Of a stretch of 64,000 bases of DNA, positions 9,653-19,786 are shown in pieces. This DNA comes from an uncultured Ignavibacteriota bacterium. Lineage in GTDB: Bacteria; Bacteroidota; Ignavibacteria; UBA10030; UBA8401. Under the pieces are notes generated by a model. It did no database searches and had not been told where the DNA came from. It worked only from the letters and a program-made list of their open reading frames with translations. The stretch covers positions 95,522 to 159,521 of the forward strand of contig CAISDA010000072.1 of the NCBI GenBank assembly GCA_903884005.1, read 5' to 3'. The position numbers and the translations under genes were made by a program. The stretch's first letter is position 1, and the number at the start of each line of letters is the position of its first letter.

Positions 9653-10778
9653 CGGCATCGACACGCTCCATGTCGAATTAAGCGAACGGCGCTACCCTCT
9701 CTACATCGGCGCCGGCATCCTGGATTCGTTCGGCGAATATTATCGGCAGCACCAGCTGCCGGAGACAGTCGTTGTCATCACCGATTCGCATGTGGAACGG
9801 ACATACGCCGCACAGGTGCAACGGAGCCTGAAGCGCGCCGGGTGCACCGTCTTGCTCATCGTGGTCCCGCCGGGAGAGAAGCAGAAATCGTTCGGGCGCG
9901 CCGAGGCGATCTTTGCCGAACTGCTGAGCCGCAGAATAGAACGCAGTGCGGCGATCGTTGCCGTCGGAGGCGGGGTCGTGGGAGATCTGGCGGGATTCAT
10001 TGCCGCGACATATCAGCGGGGCATCCGCTTCGTGCAGGTGCCGACGACGCTGCTGGCACAGGTAGACAGTTCGGTGGGAGGCAAGGTGGCGATCAACCAC
10101 CGGCTCGGGAAGAACATGATCGGGGCGTTCTATCAGCCCGATTTTGTCTTTGCGGACGTGCAGACATTGTCGACGCTTCCCCGGCGCGAGATCATCTGCG
10201 GACTGGGAGAAGTGATCAAATACGGCATCATCATGAACAGCGAATTTTATTATTCGGTCGCGATGCTGCATGAAAAAATACTGGCCCGCGATGCGTCTGT
10301 CCTGCAGTCGATCGTGGCTGCATGCTGCCGCATGAAGGCGGAGATCGTGGCCGGCGATGAACGGGAGCTTGGACGCAGGGCAATATTGAATTTCGGCCAC
10401 ACGATCGGACACGCGCTCGAAAAAGCAGGCGGGTATAGCACACTGAAACATGGCGAAGGTGTGCTGCTGGGGATGCTAGCCGAAGCGTGGATAGCCGTGA
10501 AGCTGGGCGCACTGCCGCAGCATTCGTTCGACGTGTTGAAGGAAGACATTGCGGATATCCCCCTGCCGCGCCTGGACGAATTTTCCTTCGTATTCGACGA
10601 GCTGTACGCGACGATGCTCATAGACAAAAAGGCGAAGGCGGGAGAAGTGAGGATGGTGCTTCCAACGGATATCGGAGCTGTCACGCTGCCCCAGCCGGTG
10701 GGGAAAAAATTGCTGCGCGGGGCAATTGCATTTTTGCAAGGCTACTGCAAAAGCCGGTCTGCCAAAAGTTCCGCATAA
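9612..10778 (+). CDS. aroB: 3-dehydroquinate synthase
   Basis: GGGVVGDLAGF, PTTLLAQVDSSVGGK, LNFGHTIGHALE, HGEGV, DKK. Confidence 0.97.
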   Translation: MNSPNTSAASSKHDGIDTLHVELSERRYPLYIGAGILDSFGEYYRQHQLPETVVVITDSHVERTYAAQVQRSLKRAGCTVLLIVVPPGEKQKSFGRAEAIFAELLSRRIERSAAIVAVGGGVVGDLAGFIAATYQRGIRFVQVPTTLLAQVDSSVGGKVAINHRLGKNMIGAFYQPDFVFADVQTLSTLPRREIICGLGEVIKYGIIMNSEFYYSVAMLHEKILARDASVLQSIVAACCRMKAEIVAGDERELGRRAILNFGHTIGHALEKAGGYSTLKHGEGVLLGMLAEAWIAVKLGALPQHSFDVLKEDIADIPLPRLDEFSFVFDELYATMLIDKKAKAGEVRMVLPTDIGAVTLPQPVGKKLLRGAIAFLQGYCKSRSAKSSA

Positions 10779-10797
10779 GCAATGAACAACGGCAAGT

Positions 10798-10883
10798 ATG
10801 AATTACATGCTGCCTGTATCGACCACTGTTTTAGATCCTTCGCTTCGCTCAGGATGACAATGATTTTGGTGCACACTGAGTAG
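10798..10883. repeat. 86-bp dispersed repeat; right half of the element at 38786-38954
   Basis: 82/86 identical by hand alignment to 38869-38954; contains AGATCCTTCGCTTCGCTCAGGATGACA and ends CTGAGTAG. Confidence 0.9.
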
Positions 10884-10917
10884 CGCGCTCCGTTCGCCGA
10901 CGGCAAATTTTTTTCTC

Positions 10918-11000
10918 GAAGTAACTGGCTGCCGTTGCATCGGTGCGCATGCAGGGCGAGATGGTATCTCGCCCGCTCGAGCGAAGCGGCGCACGTTTTT
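10918..11000 (+). repeat. REP-like palindrome with conserved flanks
   Basis: GCAGGGCGAGATGGTATCTCGCCC (10951-10974); flanks GAAGTAAC, TTGCATCGGTGCG and GCGAAGCGG resemble those at 58213-58293. Confidence 0.8.
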
Positions 11001-11027
11001 GTGAGTTACTCAGGAGTTACGGTCGCA

Positions 11028-13529
11028 TTACAATTGCACCGAGAACCCGAGCGCAGGGAATATCGGCAATCCGTTCGTAACGCGCTGCTTCAACGCCCCG
11101 CTGTCGTCGATAAAATAATTGATCTGCTGCTGATTCGAATGGTTGTAGATGTTTGTGACATCCAGATAGACAGACCACTGCTGCCCCCACCATTGCGGAT
11201 AGGTCGTCACGCGCACATCGAGCGCATGATAGAGCGACAACCGTCCCGAGTATTGATCCACTTCGTAGTCCACATCCAGGATCACTTTCCCCTGAGCATC
11301 CGTCAGAATCGATGCCGACTGAACGCCGTTGAGTGTCTCGATGCGCAGGCGCGGCTTCACACCGATTGCCTGCGCGAACGGCCGGCCTGATCGGAGCGTG
11401 AAATTTGCACCGAGTTCCCACCGGTCGGCAAACTTGTACGATGCCACAATATTCACTGCATGACGCTGGTCGAAGAGAAACGGCGTGACCAGTCCGTGCC
11501 TGTCGCGGTCGGCATACGAGAGCGCGTAGCTGATCCATCCCGATAGTTTATCGCCGGCAGTGAGGTAGAGTTTTTGCAGCATCACTTCGAATCCGTAGGA
11601 GCGGCCAGAGGCATCGTTCACCGGCGTGGTCGTGAGCGAATCGCGCATCGTCTGAACCGGAGGCGTCCATCCGGCTGGTGACAAGACGGAAATGTTCGTA
11701 CCTCCGGCGGTCCACATCATGCCCTGCAATTTCTGCGGCACGATAACATTCGTGAACCGCTTATAATACGATTCGGCCTTGATCTGCCATTCGGCAGACA
11801 CCATGCGTTCGATGCCGGCAATGAAGTGGTCGGCGCGCTCGGCGCGGAGACCGCTCATTGTTTCGTTTGTAAAATCCAACGCGGCGCGGTTGTCCTGTTT
11901 TTCCATGCCCGGAGACTGGTAATACGTACCGACCGCGGCGCGCAGCGTCGTGAGCGGATCCACGACGTACGACGCGGCAAGTCTCGGCGCGAGGTACGAG
12001 CGGTTCAATATTTCATACCGGTCGAAACGAAGTCCGGGCTGTATGAAGAGAGTCGGGAACACCCTGTAGCGGTCCTGAAGGAACAGGTTCCACCGCGTAT
12101 ACGAGAGCGTGGAGGCAAGATCGTGAGGCAGCGCCTGGCCTCGGGAAAGAAGAAGATTTTTAAACACCTCGTCGAGGCGGAAATACCGGATGCGTTCGGT
12201 CGTCAAGCGGTCGATGCCTCCTCCGGTCTCGATGGAGTGATCGCCCGCCGAAACGGAAAAATTTTCCTGGACCGTGACCTTCGTGTATGTGTAGTCGTAG
12301 TCGACGCCAAATGCGAAGAAGCGAAGACCGAGCGTATCGGACCGCGATCGGTCGCCGCTATTCTGGGAGGGATCAATGAAGGAACCATCGAACGCGCCCG
12401 CGCCGCTGTTGCGGTACCACGAGAGCCGCGTCTGCGCGACGACCGACGAAGACGGCGTGTATTGCCACGTCATTCCGGCCAGCGTGTTATACGCCTCGTC
12501 GAGGAATGACACACTGTCGGGCCTGTTTCTGTCCGTGCCGGAAGTGAGTTGGGCGCCGTCGCGCGAACTGATGCCGGTCACGAGCAGTTTATTCTTGTCG
12601 TTGATCGGGAATACGATTTTCGCCTGAACGTCACGGAAATTCGGCAATGCGACATCGCCTTCAACGACTTTCGTTTGTTTCAAAAACGGGGCGAGGATGA
12701 GATCGTAGTACGTGCGCCGCGCTGAAATGAGCCACGACCCGCCTGTCGGCAGGGCCCCCTCGAGAATAATGTTTGCGTTGGTGAGGCTCGAATTCATTTT
12801 ACCGTGGAGCGGGCGATCCGACGCTCCTTCCCGATTGCGGACATCGAGCACGGCCGAGAGCCTGTCTCCGTATTTCGCGCCGAAGCCTCCCGTTTCAAGG
12901 CTGATCTCGCTGACTGTTTCGGGATTGAACATTGAAATAAATCCGTAGAGCCTGTATGGATTGATCACTTCAAAACCGTCGATGGCGATGAAATTCTGGT
13001 CGGGCCCCGATCCCCTGATGACGAGCTGTGAAGAGAAATCGTTCACGCTGAGCACACCGGGGAGCGAGCGCAGTGAACGGAGCACATCCTCGGCAGCGCC
13101 GGGTAGATATTTCGCTTCACGCGGGGTCATGCTCACGACGCTCGGCCGCATATCCTCTGCCGCGCGCCGCCGGGATGCAGTCACTTCGACCGTGTTCATC
13201 TCGACCGCCGCAAAACGCATCGTGATGTCGAGGCGTGTGCGTTTCCCTATCGAGACCGCGGCGTCCGGCACAGACTGCTGTTGATAGCCGATGAGCCTCG
13301 CGAGAATATGGTACGTCCCGGCGGGAACGTTGTCGATGACGAAGCGTCCCTGCGCATCGGTCGTTGTGCCGAGTTTGGTTCCATCAACGATCACCGTCGC
13401 ACCCGCGGCCGCTCCGTCGGGAATGCGGACAGTGCCCTCGATCGAACCGCGATCCGATTCCGCTGCCGCAGCGGCGTATGGCGGAATAAGGGAAAGGAGA
13501 CATAGTAATGCTGAAAGACAATACGTCAT
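11028..13529 (-). CDS. TonB-dependent receptor with N-terminal carboxypeptidase-regulatory-like domain
   Basis: GTTTDAQGRFVI N-domain, plug motifs LPGV...IRGSGPDQN and GGFGAKYGDRLSAVLDV, C-terminal barrel strand. Confidence 0.93.
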   Translation of the reverse strand: MTYCLSALLCLLSLIPPYAAAAAESDRGSIEGTVRIPDGAAAGATVIVDGTKLGTTTDAQGRFVIDNVPAGTYHILARLIGYQQQSVPDAAVSIGKRTRLDITMRFAAVEMNTVEVTASRRRAAEDMRPSVVSMTPREAKYLPGAAEDVLRSLRSLPGVLSVNDFSSQLVIRGSGPDQNFIAIDGFEVINPYRLYGFISMFNPETVSEISLETGGFGAKYGDRLSAVLDVRNREGASDRPLHGKMNSSLTNANIILEGALPTGGSWLISARRTYYDLILAPFLKQTKVVEGDVALPNFRDVQAKIVFPINDKNKLLVTGISSRDGAQLTSGTDRNRPDSVSFLDEAYNTLAGMTWQYTPSSSVVAQTRLSWYRNSGAGAFDGSFIDPSQNSGDRSRSDTLGLRFFAFGVDYDYTYTKVTVQENFSVSAGDHSIETGGGIDRLTTERIRYFRLDEVFKNLLLSRGQALPHDLASTLSYTRWNLFLQDRYRVFPTLFIQPGLRFDRYEILNRSYLAPRLAASYVVDPLTTLRAAVGTYYQSPGMEKQDNRAALDFTNETMSGLRAERADHFIAGIERMVSAEWQIKAESYYKRFTNVIVPQKLQGMMWTAGGTNISVLSPAGWTPPVQTMRDSLTTTPVNDASGRSYGFEVMLQKLYLTAGDKLSGWISYALSYADRDRHGLVTPFLFDQRHAVNIVASYKFADRWELGANFTLRSGRPFAQAIGVKPRLRIETLNGVQSASILTDAQGKVILDVDYEVDQYSGRLSLYHALDVRVTTYPQWWGQQWSVYLDVTNIYNHSNQQQINYFIDDSGALKQRVTNGLPIFPALGFSVQL

Positions 13530-13780
13530 TGGATGCCGAAAGTGCTAAAGGTGTCAACCCTTCGGGGTTGTACTATTTGTGTAACGACGACAGTAGTGTA
13601 CACCGCTTCGCGGTGTGGGCAAGAAACCATTTCGCCCTCCAACGAGCGGTGCCAAAGAATGTAATATAGGAACAAATACGTTCGAACGAAAATTCAGACA
13701 GCTCGTTTTTTCACTTGCATTCAACACAATTGTTTACAATCTTTTGAGCTGCGTTATCTTTCCATTGAAAGGCCTCAACG

Positions 13781-15067
13781 ATGAACACCCTGTTTGCATA
13801 CCTCCGGCGATTCCGCGAGAAAAAAATATACGTGCCAGGCATTGGCGGCGTACTGCTGCTTGCAGTGATCATTGCCTATGCCGTTCCCGATACACTCTCC
13901 GTCGCGTCGACAGCGGCGAAGCGGAGCGATTTTTCGGTGAGCATCTCGGTTAGCGGCGAGATCCGGGCAGCCAATTCCGTCACATTGACAACGCCGCGCA
14001 CGCGCGCCGGACAATTGCAGATCGTCTACCTGGTCCCCGAGGGCACAACCGTGAAAACCGGGGAAGACGTGATCCGCTTCGCGACAACGGACGTGGACAA
14101 GCAGATCTCGGATAAGGAAAACGATTTGAGTATTGCGCAATCGGATTACGAAAAAATGGTCGCCGATCAGGCATACCGCAATTCGGATCAGGACGCGTCG
14201 CTGACAAATGCGGAGCTGACGTACGATCAGGCGAAGCTGCAGGTCGAAAAAATGAAATTCGAATCCGATGTGGCGCGGAAGGAAGCGGACATCAGTCTTC
14301 AAAAGAGCGGCATAGCCTGGGAGCAGACAAAGAAAAAAATCGCCACACAGGTGATCGTGGACAGGACGGAAACGAGCAAGTTCATGCTGCGTATTCACCA
14401 GATCGAATCGGATATCAAACGCGCCAACGAGGAGAAGGTCCTCTACGCAATGACGGCGCCGATCCCCGGCCTCGTCGTCTACGAGATCAATTGGAACACG
14501 GGGAGGAAAGTTTCGGTCGGCAATACGCCGTGGCCGGGTATGTCGCTGGTGAGCCTTCCCGACTTGTCGCAGATGCAGGTCGTGACGAACATCAACGAAG
14601 TGGACATCAGCAAGGTCAACAAAGGACAGCCAGTGAAGATCACGCTCGACGCCTTTCCCGAAAAGCGCTTCGCAGGAACCATCGCAGAGGTGGGCACCAT
14701 CGGCCAGCAAAAGAACCAGGCATCGAATCTGAAAACTTTCGAAGTGATACTGACGATCAACGGCACCGATCCGATCCTGAAGCCGGGGATGACCACCGGG
14801 AATGAGATCATCATCGAAACGATCCCAGGAGCGGTGTCCGTTCCCATCGAATCGGTCTTTGAAAAAGACGGCAGGACCGTTGTGTATGCGATGAACGGCA
14901 GGCATCCCCGGGCTCAGGAGGTAACGCTCGGAGTGAAGAACAGCAACTATATCATCATCCAAAACGGAGTGCGCGAAGGCGACATGGTGGCGCTGCGCGA
15001 TCCGACCGTGAAAGAACCAACGGCGGGCGATAAGCGCTCCGGCGCGCAGAAAGAGAAGAAGCCGTGA
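13781..15067 (+). CDS. Efflux periplasmic adaptor subunit (MacA-like)
   Basis: N-terminal TM, VPEGTTVKTGE lipoyl half, coiled coil, APIPGLV, INEVDISKV, LKPGMT. Confidence 0.92.
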   Translation: MNTLFAYLRRFREKKIYVPGIGGVLLLAVIIAYAVPDTLSVASTAAKRSDFSVSISVSGEIRAANSVTLTTPRTRAGQLQIVYLVPEGTTVKTGEDVIRFATTDVDKQISDKENDLSIAQSDYEKMVADQAYRNSDQDASLTNAELTYDQAKLQVEKMKFESDVARKEADISLQKSGIAWEQTKKKIATQVIVDRTETSKFMLRIHQIESDIKRANEEKVLYAMTAPIPGLVVYEINWNTGRKVSVGNTPWPGMSLVSLPDLSQMQVVTNINEVDISKVNKGQPVKITLDAFPEKRFAGTIAEVGTIGQQKNQASNLKTFEVILTINGTDPILKPGMTTGNEIIIETIPGAVSVPIESVFEKDGRTVVYAMNGRHPRAQEVTLGVKNSNYIIIQNGVREGDMVALRDPTVKEPTAGDKRSGAQKEKKP

Positions 15068-16362
15068 ACATCCCTCAGAACATCGCCGTCGGCATGGCGG
15101 GATTGTTGACGCACAAGCTGCGCTCTTTACTGACCGCGCTGGGGATCATTTTCGGTGTCGCGGCGGTGATCGCGATGCTGTCCATCGGCGAGGGAGCGCG
15201 GCAGGAAGCGCTGGAACAGATACAATTGATGGGCGTCAATAACGTCATCATCCGGGCGAAGGAGCCGAGCCAGCAGAGTTTCGGCAAGGCCAAGGCGAAT
15301 TTCTCGCCGGGGCTGGACATGCGCGACTGCGATGCGCTGCGCGAGATTTGTCCATTCGTGCAGGTGGTCGTGCCGCAATGGGAAAAGACGACGCCGGTGC
15401 TCTACAAGAGCGCGCGGAACGACGCGAAGATCGTCGGCACGACGCCCGAATTCCTGGAGGCATTCAATTACCGCATACAAAACGGCACATTCATCCTTCA
15501 GCATCACGTCGCCACGCAGGAAAATGTGTGCGTCATCGGCGGGGATGTCAAGGACGCGCTCTTTCAATTTGAAAATCCGATCGACAAGCGGGTCAAGATA
15601 GACAATCTGTGGTTCACCGTGATCGGCGTCATGGACCGCCGCGCCGCGCCGGGAAAAAAGACAGAGGCGGTCACCGTCCGAAATTTAAATATGGATGTTT
15701 ATATCCCTTTGACCACGGCGCAGTTGAAACTGTCGCACACGAAGAGCCAGGTCAACCACGTCACGGTCATGGTCAACGGCATCGATCAGAACCCCGACCT
15801 GACGCCGCCCGAACCGCCGATCAACCAGTTGGCGGTGAAAGTCGACGCAACATCGGATCTCGCAGAGGCTTCGGGCATCATCCGCCGCATCATGGAGCGG
15901 CGGCATTACGGTGTGGATGATTATGAGATCATTGTGCCCGAGGCGCTTGTGGAGCAGAGCCAGCAGACGCAGCGGATATTCAACATCGTCATGGGAGCCA
16001 TTGCCGGCATTTCGCTTCTTGTGGGCGGCATCGGGATCATGAACATCATGCTTGCTTCCGTCATGGAGCGCACGAAGGAGATCGGGATACGGCGCGCCAT
16101 CGGCGCCACACGCGCCGATGTGCTCGGGCAATTTCTCTTTGAAGCAATTTTTCTGAGCATTGTGGGCGGGATCGCGGGAATCGTCCTGGGCTATGCGCTC
16201 ACGGTCGGCATCACGATGTATGCCGATTGGAAAACCGTCGTCTCCGTGCCCGCGGTGCTCATCTCGTTCACGGTGTCTGCGCTTGTCGGGATCGCCTTCG
16301 GGTATTATCCCGCACGGAAAGCCGCCTATCAGAATCCCATAGAGTCGCTCCGGTACGAATAA
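15064..16362 (+). CDS. MacB/FtsX-family ABC permease without a fused ATPase
   Basis: KLRSLLTALGIIFGV, SLLVGGIGIMNIMLASVMERTKEIGIRRAIGA, YPARKAA...PIESLRYE. Confidence 0.95.
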   Translation: MNIPQNIAVGMAGLLTHKLRSLLTALGIIFGVAAVIAMLSIGEGARQEALEQIQLMGVNNVIIRAKEPSQQSFGKAKANFSPGLDMRDCDALREICPFVQVVVPQWEKTTPVLYKSARNDAKIVGTTPEFLEAFNYRIQNGTFILQHHVATQENVCVIGGDVKDALFQFENPIDKRVKIDNLWFTVIGVMDRRAAPGKKTEAVTVRNLNMDVYIPLTTAQLKLSHTKSQVNHVTVMVNGIDQNPDLTPPEPPINQLAVKVDATSDLAEASGIIRRIMERRHYGVDDYEIIVPEALVEQSQQTQRIFNIVMGAIAGISLLVGGIGIMNIMLASVMERTKEIGIRRAIGATRADVLGQFLFEAIFLSIVGGIAGIVLGYALTVGITMYADWKTVVSVPAVLISFTVSALVGIAFGYYPARKAAYQNPIESLRYE

Positions 16363-17880
16363 ATGAACAGCTCTCCATACCCCATTTGCCTGATCTCCAT
16401 GAAGCATTCCCTACCCTTGGCAGTATACATGATCTTCACCTGGACACACGCTGTACAGGGACAATCCGCGTTGACGCTCGATGCGTGCATCAAGCGGTCG
16501 ATGACACGCGGGTACGCCGTACAGAACGCGTCGTTTCAATACCGCGCATCCAAACACGCGTATGAGGCGGCGCGGCGGAAGCTCCGCACATCGGTCGCGG
16601 TTTCGCTCGACATTCCAAACTACCAGGAGTCGCTCTCGAATCAATTCGATCCGCTGCTGCAGCAGTACAAGTATTACGAATTGACGACGACACGCATGCA
16701 GGGAACGCTCACGATCACACAGCCGATCCTCGCTACGGGCGGATCATTGAGCATCAGCGATTACGTCTTCGGACGCGACCAGACCCGCGGGAATAGCGGC
16801 TCGGCGAGCGGGAAGGATTATTTCAACAATGTGCTGGTGGAATACAAACAGCCGCTCTTCACGACAAATCTGCTGCGGCTCACCAGCGAACGGAACTCCC
16901 TTGCATTCGAGCAGGCGCGGACCGATTTTGCCAAGAATCAATTGGACATCGTCTACACCGTGACGGAAAATTTTTACACCGCCTACGAGGCCGCGCAGCG
17001 CGTCGACATTGTGAAGGAGCAGGTGCGTCAGAACGAAGAATCGTATCAGACCGCCAAGCGAAAATTTGAATTCGGCCTGATCCCCGAGGTCGAGGCGCTG
17101 CAGTCGGAAGTGGATCTGGCGGGCAGCCAGAACGATCTCTTGAACGCGTCGCGCGAGGTGGAACGGGCGAAGAATGCGCTGCGGATGCTCATGGGAATGC
17201 CGCTGACCGAAGCGCTGGAACTCTCAGCAGTGATGACGTTCACGCCGATACGGATCGACAGCGCGCGCGTGATGGAAACCGCATTGGCGAACCGCGCAGA
17301 AGTACTGTCCGCCGCCCGGTCCATACAGCAGCGCACACTCGACATCGATGCGGCAAAGGCCCGTAGCGAATTCCGCGTCGATGTGGCTGCGACATTCGGC
17401 TACAACAAGTCGGCAACCGATCCGAACGACCTTCTGGACAACTATGCGCGGTCGCGAAGCGCGGCGCTCAGCGTGTCCATGCCGCTCTTCGACTGGGGGG
17501 CGCATTCGTATGACGTACAGGCGGCGGAAGTGCAATACGAGAGTGCTCTTGCGACACGGGAGTATGTGCTGAACCAGGTGCGCCAGGAGATCCTGGACCT
17601 GCTCGGGCGCATCAGCGCCGCCGAATCGAGGATCGGCGTACTTCAAAAGAATGTGGCCGTGGCGCAAAAAGGGTATGATATCAGCATCGAACGATTCCGC
17701 ACCGGCACCATCAGCCGGAATGATCTTGCGCAGGCGCAGCAGCGGCTGACCGCGACGAAGATAAACAGCCTCAGCGCGCTCATCGATTATCAGCTTGGCG
17801 TAGCAGACCTGAAACGCAAGACCCTCTTTGATTTCGAACGGCAGGAACCTGTTGCGCCGGTGACAGACACCGGCGAGTAG
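16363..17880 (+). CDS. TolC-family outer-membrane efflux protein
   Basis: Two OEP-type repeats, SMPLFDWG, ERFRTGTIS; directly follows the permease. Confidence 0.92.
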   Translation: MNSSPYPICLISMKHSLPLAVYMIFTWTHAVQGQSALTLDACIKRSMTRGYAVQNASFQYRASKHAYEAARRKLRTSVAVSLDIPNYQESLSNQFDPLLQQYKYYELTTTRMQGTLTITQPILATGGSLSISDYVFGRDQTRGNSGSASGKDYFNNVLVEYKQPLFTTNLLRLTSERNSLAFEQARTDFAKNQLDIVYTVTENFYTAYEAAQRVDIVKEQVRQNEESYQTAKRKFEFGLIPEVEALQSEVDLAGSQNDLLNASREVERAKNALRMLMGMPLTEALELSAVMTFTPIRIDSARVMETALANRAEVLSAARSIQQRTLDIDAAKARSEFRVDVAATFGYNKSATDPNDLLDNYARSRSAALSVSMPLFDWGAHSYDVQAAEVQYESALATREYVLNQVRQEILDLLGRISAAESRIGVLQKNVAVAQKGYDISIERFRTGTISRNDLAQAQQRLTATKINSLSALIDYQLGVADLKRKTLFDFERQEPVAPVTDTGE

Positions 17881-17917
17881 GAGGCCGGCAGCGCGGCACG
17901 CGGCGGTCGATTCGCCC

Positions 17918-17946
17918 TTTACATTGCAGAGGTAAAACACTATATT
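17918..17946 (+). promoter_or_regulatory. Putative sigma70-type promoter for the PTS IIA-hisS-lgt-rlmB run
   Basis: TTTACA-N17-TATATT; same -10 hexamer as at 6079. Confidence 0.5.
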
Positions 17947-17983
17947 TGGAATACTTATTTTATTAACTGGAGAGCGAGCAGTC

Positions 17984-18454
17984 ATGAAAATCAGCGATAT
18001 CCTCGATGAAACGCGTATTCTCACCAACATGGAGGGTGATTCAAAGTCCGACGTCATCAACTCTTTAATTGATCTGGTTGCCGTGTCGCCCAAAGTGCTC
18101 GACAAGGAAAAAGTGAAAGAGGCGATCTTCGAGCGTGAAAAGATCATGTCGACCGGCGTCGGCAACGGATTCGCCATCCCGCACGGCAAGACCGATGCGG
18201 TGTCGGATATTGTCGCGGCATTTGCGGTAACAAAAAAACCCATCGATTACGAAGCGCTTGACGAACAGCCCGTCCGTTTAATCTTCCTGCTCATCGGCAA
18301 GGCCAACATGGTCGGGCCCCACATCAAGCTGTTGAGCAGAATTTCACGGCTGATGAACAAGGAAGAATTTCGAAAAAAATTGCTCGAGGCAGCCGAACCG
18401 AAAGACGTGATGGAAATTTTTAGAACCGAAGAAGCGGCGTGTTTAGACAACTAG
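17984..18454 (+). CDS. PTS EIIA-2 domain protein (fructose/PtsN-like)
   Basis: REKIMSTGVGNGFAIPHGK phospho-His motif; HIKLLSRISR. Confidence 0.93.
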   Translation: MKISDILDETRILTNMEGDSKSDVINSLIDLVAVSPKVLDKEKVKEAIFEREKIMSTGVGNGFAIPHGKTDAVSDIVAAFAVTKKPIDYEALDEQPVRLIFLLIGKANMVGPHIKLLSRISRLMNKEEFRKKLLEAAEPKDVMEIFRTEEAACLDN

Positions 18455-18514
18455 GCGGAGAAGGATCATCTTCCGTTCTTCAACGCCGCCACCCCCACCA
18501 CCAGAATATTTTCC

Positions 18515-19765
18515 GTGATACTAAAATCGATCAAAGGCACCAAAGACATACTGCCGTCGGACTCATCCCGATGGCAGTATGTGGAACAAGTTGTCCGCGG
18601 CGTATTCCACCGGTATAATTATAAAGAGATACGCACGCCGATGTTCGAACTGACATCGTTATTTTCGCGTTCGATCGGCGAGTTGACGGACATCGTGGGC
18701 AAGGAAATGTACACGTTCACCGACCGCAGCGGGGACAGCGTCACGCTTCGTCCCGAAGGCACGGCATCGGTGGTCCGTTCGTATATTCAGAACAATCTCG
18801 GCGAAGCACAGCCGCTGGTGAAGGTCTATTATATAGCGCCCATGTTCCGGCAGGAGCGTCCGCAAGCAGGCAGGCTCCGCCAGTTCCACCAGTTCGGCGC
18901 GGAGGCGATCGGATCGCCGACGCCTGAGACGGACGTCGAGATCATTGCGATGGCCGCAGAGATCTACCGGCAGTTCGGCATCACGAATTTCACGCTGAAG
19001 ATCAATTCGGTCGGCGACGAGGAATGCCGCCCGCGCTACAAGGAACTCCTGCGCACTGAGCTGATGACAATCGCCGATCAACTGTCGGTGGAGAGCCAAA
19101 AGCGAATCGAACAGAATCCGATGCGCGTTCTGGATTCGAAGGACGAGAAGGATCTCGCCTTAACGAAGGACATGCCCCGCATCACCGATCATCTGAACGA
19201 GGAATGCGCCGTCCATTTTGAGCGCGTCAAGGAACTCCTGACGCTCATGGGCATACCATTCGTCGTCGATCCGAGGCTTGTGCGGGGACTCGATTATTAC
19301 ACCAAGACGGCGTTCGAATTGACAAGCGATGAACTGGGTTCGCAGAGCGCCCTGGCCGGGGGGGGCCGGTACGACCTGCTCACACAGGAACTCGGAGGAA
19401 AACAGACGCCGGCAGTCGGCTTCGCCGCAGGCATCGAACGGTTGATGATGGTCCTTGAAAAAAATAATTTTACTGTTCCCGCACTGCGGCCCGCACTGTT
19501 TCTTGCGGCAGCCGACGAGGCCTCGCGCGGATGGACAATCGTAACGACAATGGAACTCCGCTCGCGGGGTGTGGCGGTGGAAACAGACTTTTTGCAGAGA
19601 AGTTTGAAAGCACAGATGCGCGAAGCCGACCGGCAGCTCGCCCGGCATGTCGTGGTTGTCGGCGCGCACGAATTAGCGGCCGGCAGGGCGACGCTCAGAA
19701 ATTTGGACGACCATACAAATCGTGAAGTGGAACTCGGTCTTCTTGCCGATGCCGTGATGCGATAA
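18515..19765 (+). CDS. hisS: Histidine--tRNA ligase
   Basis: LRPEGTA, FRQERPQAGRLRQFHQ, LVRGLDYY, GGGRYD, GFAAGIERL. Confidence 0.98.
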   Translation: MILKSIKGTKDILPSDSSRWQYVEQVVRGVFHRYNYKEIRTPMFELTSLFSRSIGELTDIVGKEMYTFTDRSGDSVTLRPEGTASVVRSYIQNNLGEAQPLVKVYYIAPMFRQERPQAGRLRQFHQFGAEAIGSPTPETDVEIIAMAAEIYRQFGITNFTLKINSVGDEECRPRYKELLRTELMTIADQLSVESQKRIEQNPMRVLDSKDEKDLALTKDMPRITDHLNEECAVHFERVKELLTLMGIPFVVDPRLVRGLDYYTKTAFELTSDELGSQSALAGGGRYDLLTQELGGKQTPAVGFAAGIERLMMVLEKNNFTVPALRPALFLAAADEASRGWTIVTTMELRSRGVAVETDFLQRSLKAQMREADRQLARHVVVVGAHELAAGRATLRNLDDHTNREVELGLLADAVMR

Positions 19766-19786
19766 CCCAGCGGGGATCGGTCTCCC

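Noticed and set aside
10803..10994. Small ORFs 10803-10994 and 38874-39083 sharing the peptide CHPERSEGS
   Set aside because: The shared peptide is just the translation of the DNA repeat; there is no evidence of coding function.
13637..13654. Possible sigma54 box upstream of the TonB receptor (TGGCACCGCTCGTTGGA)
   Set aside because: Spacing is one base too long and the -12 element reads TTGG; sigma54 spacing is strict.
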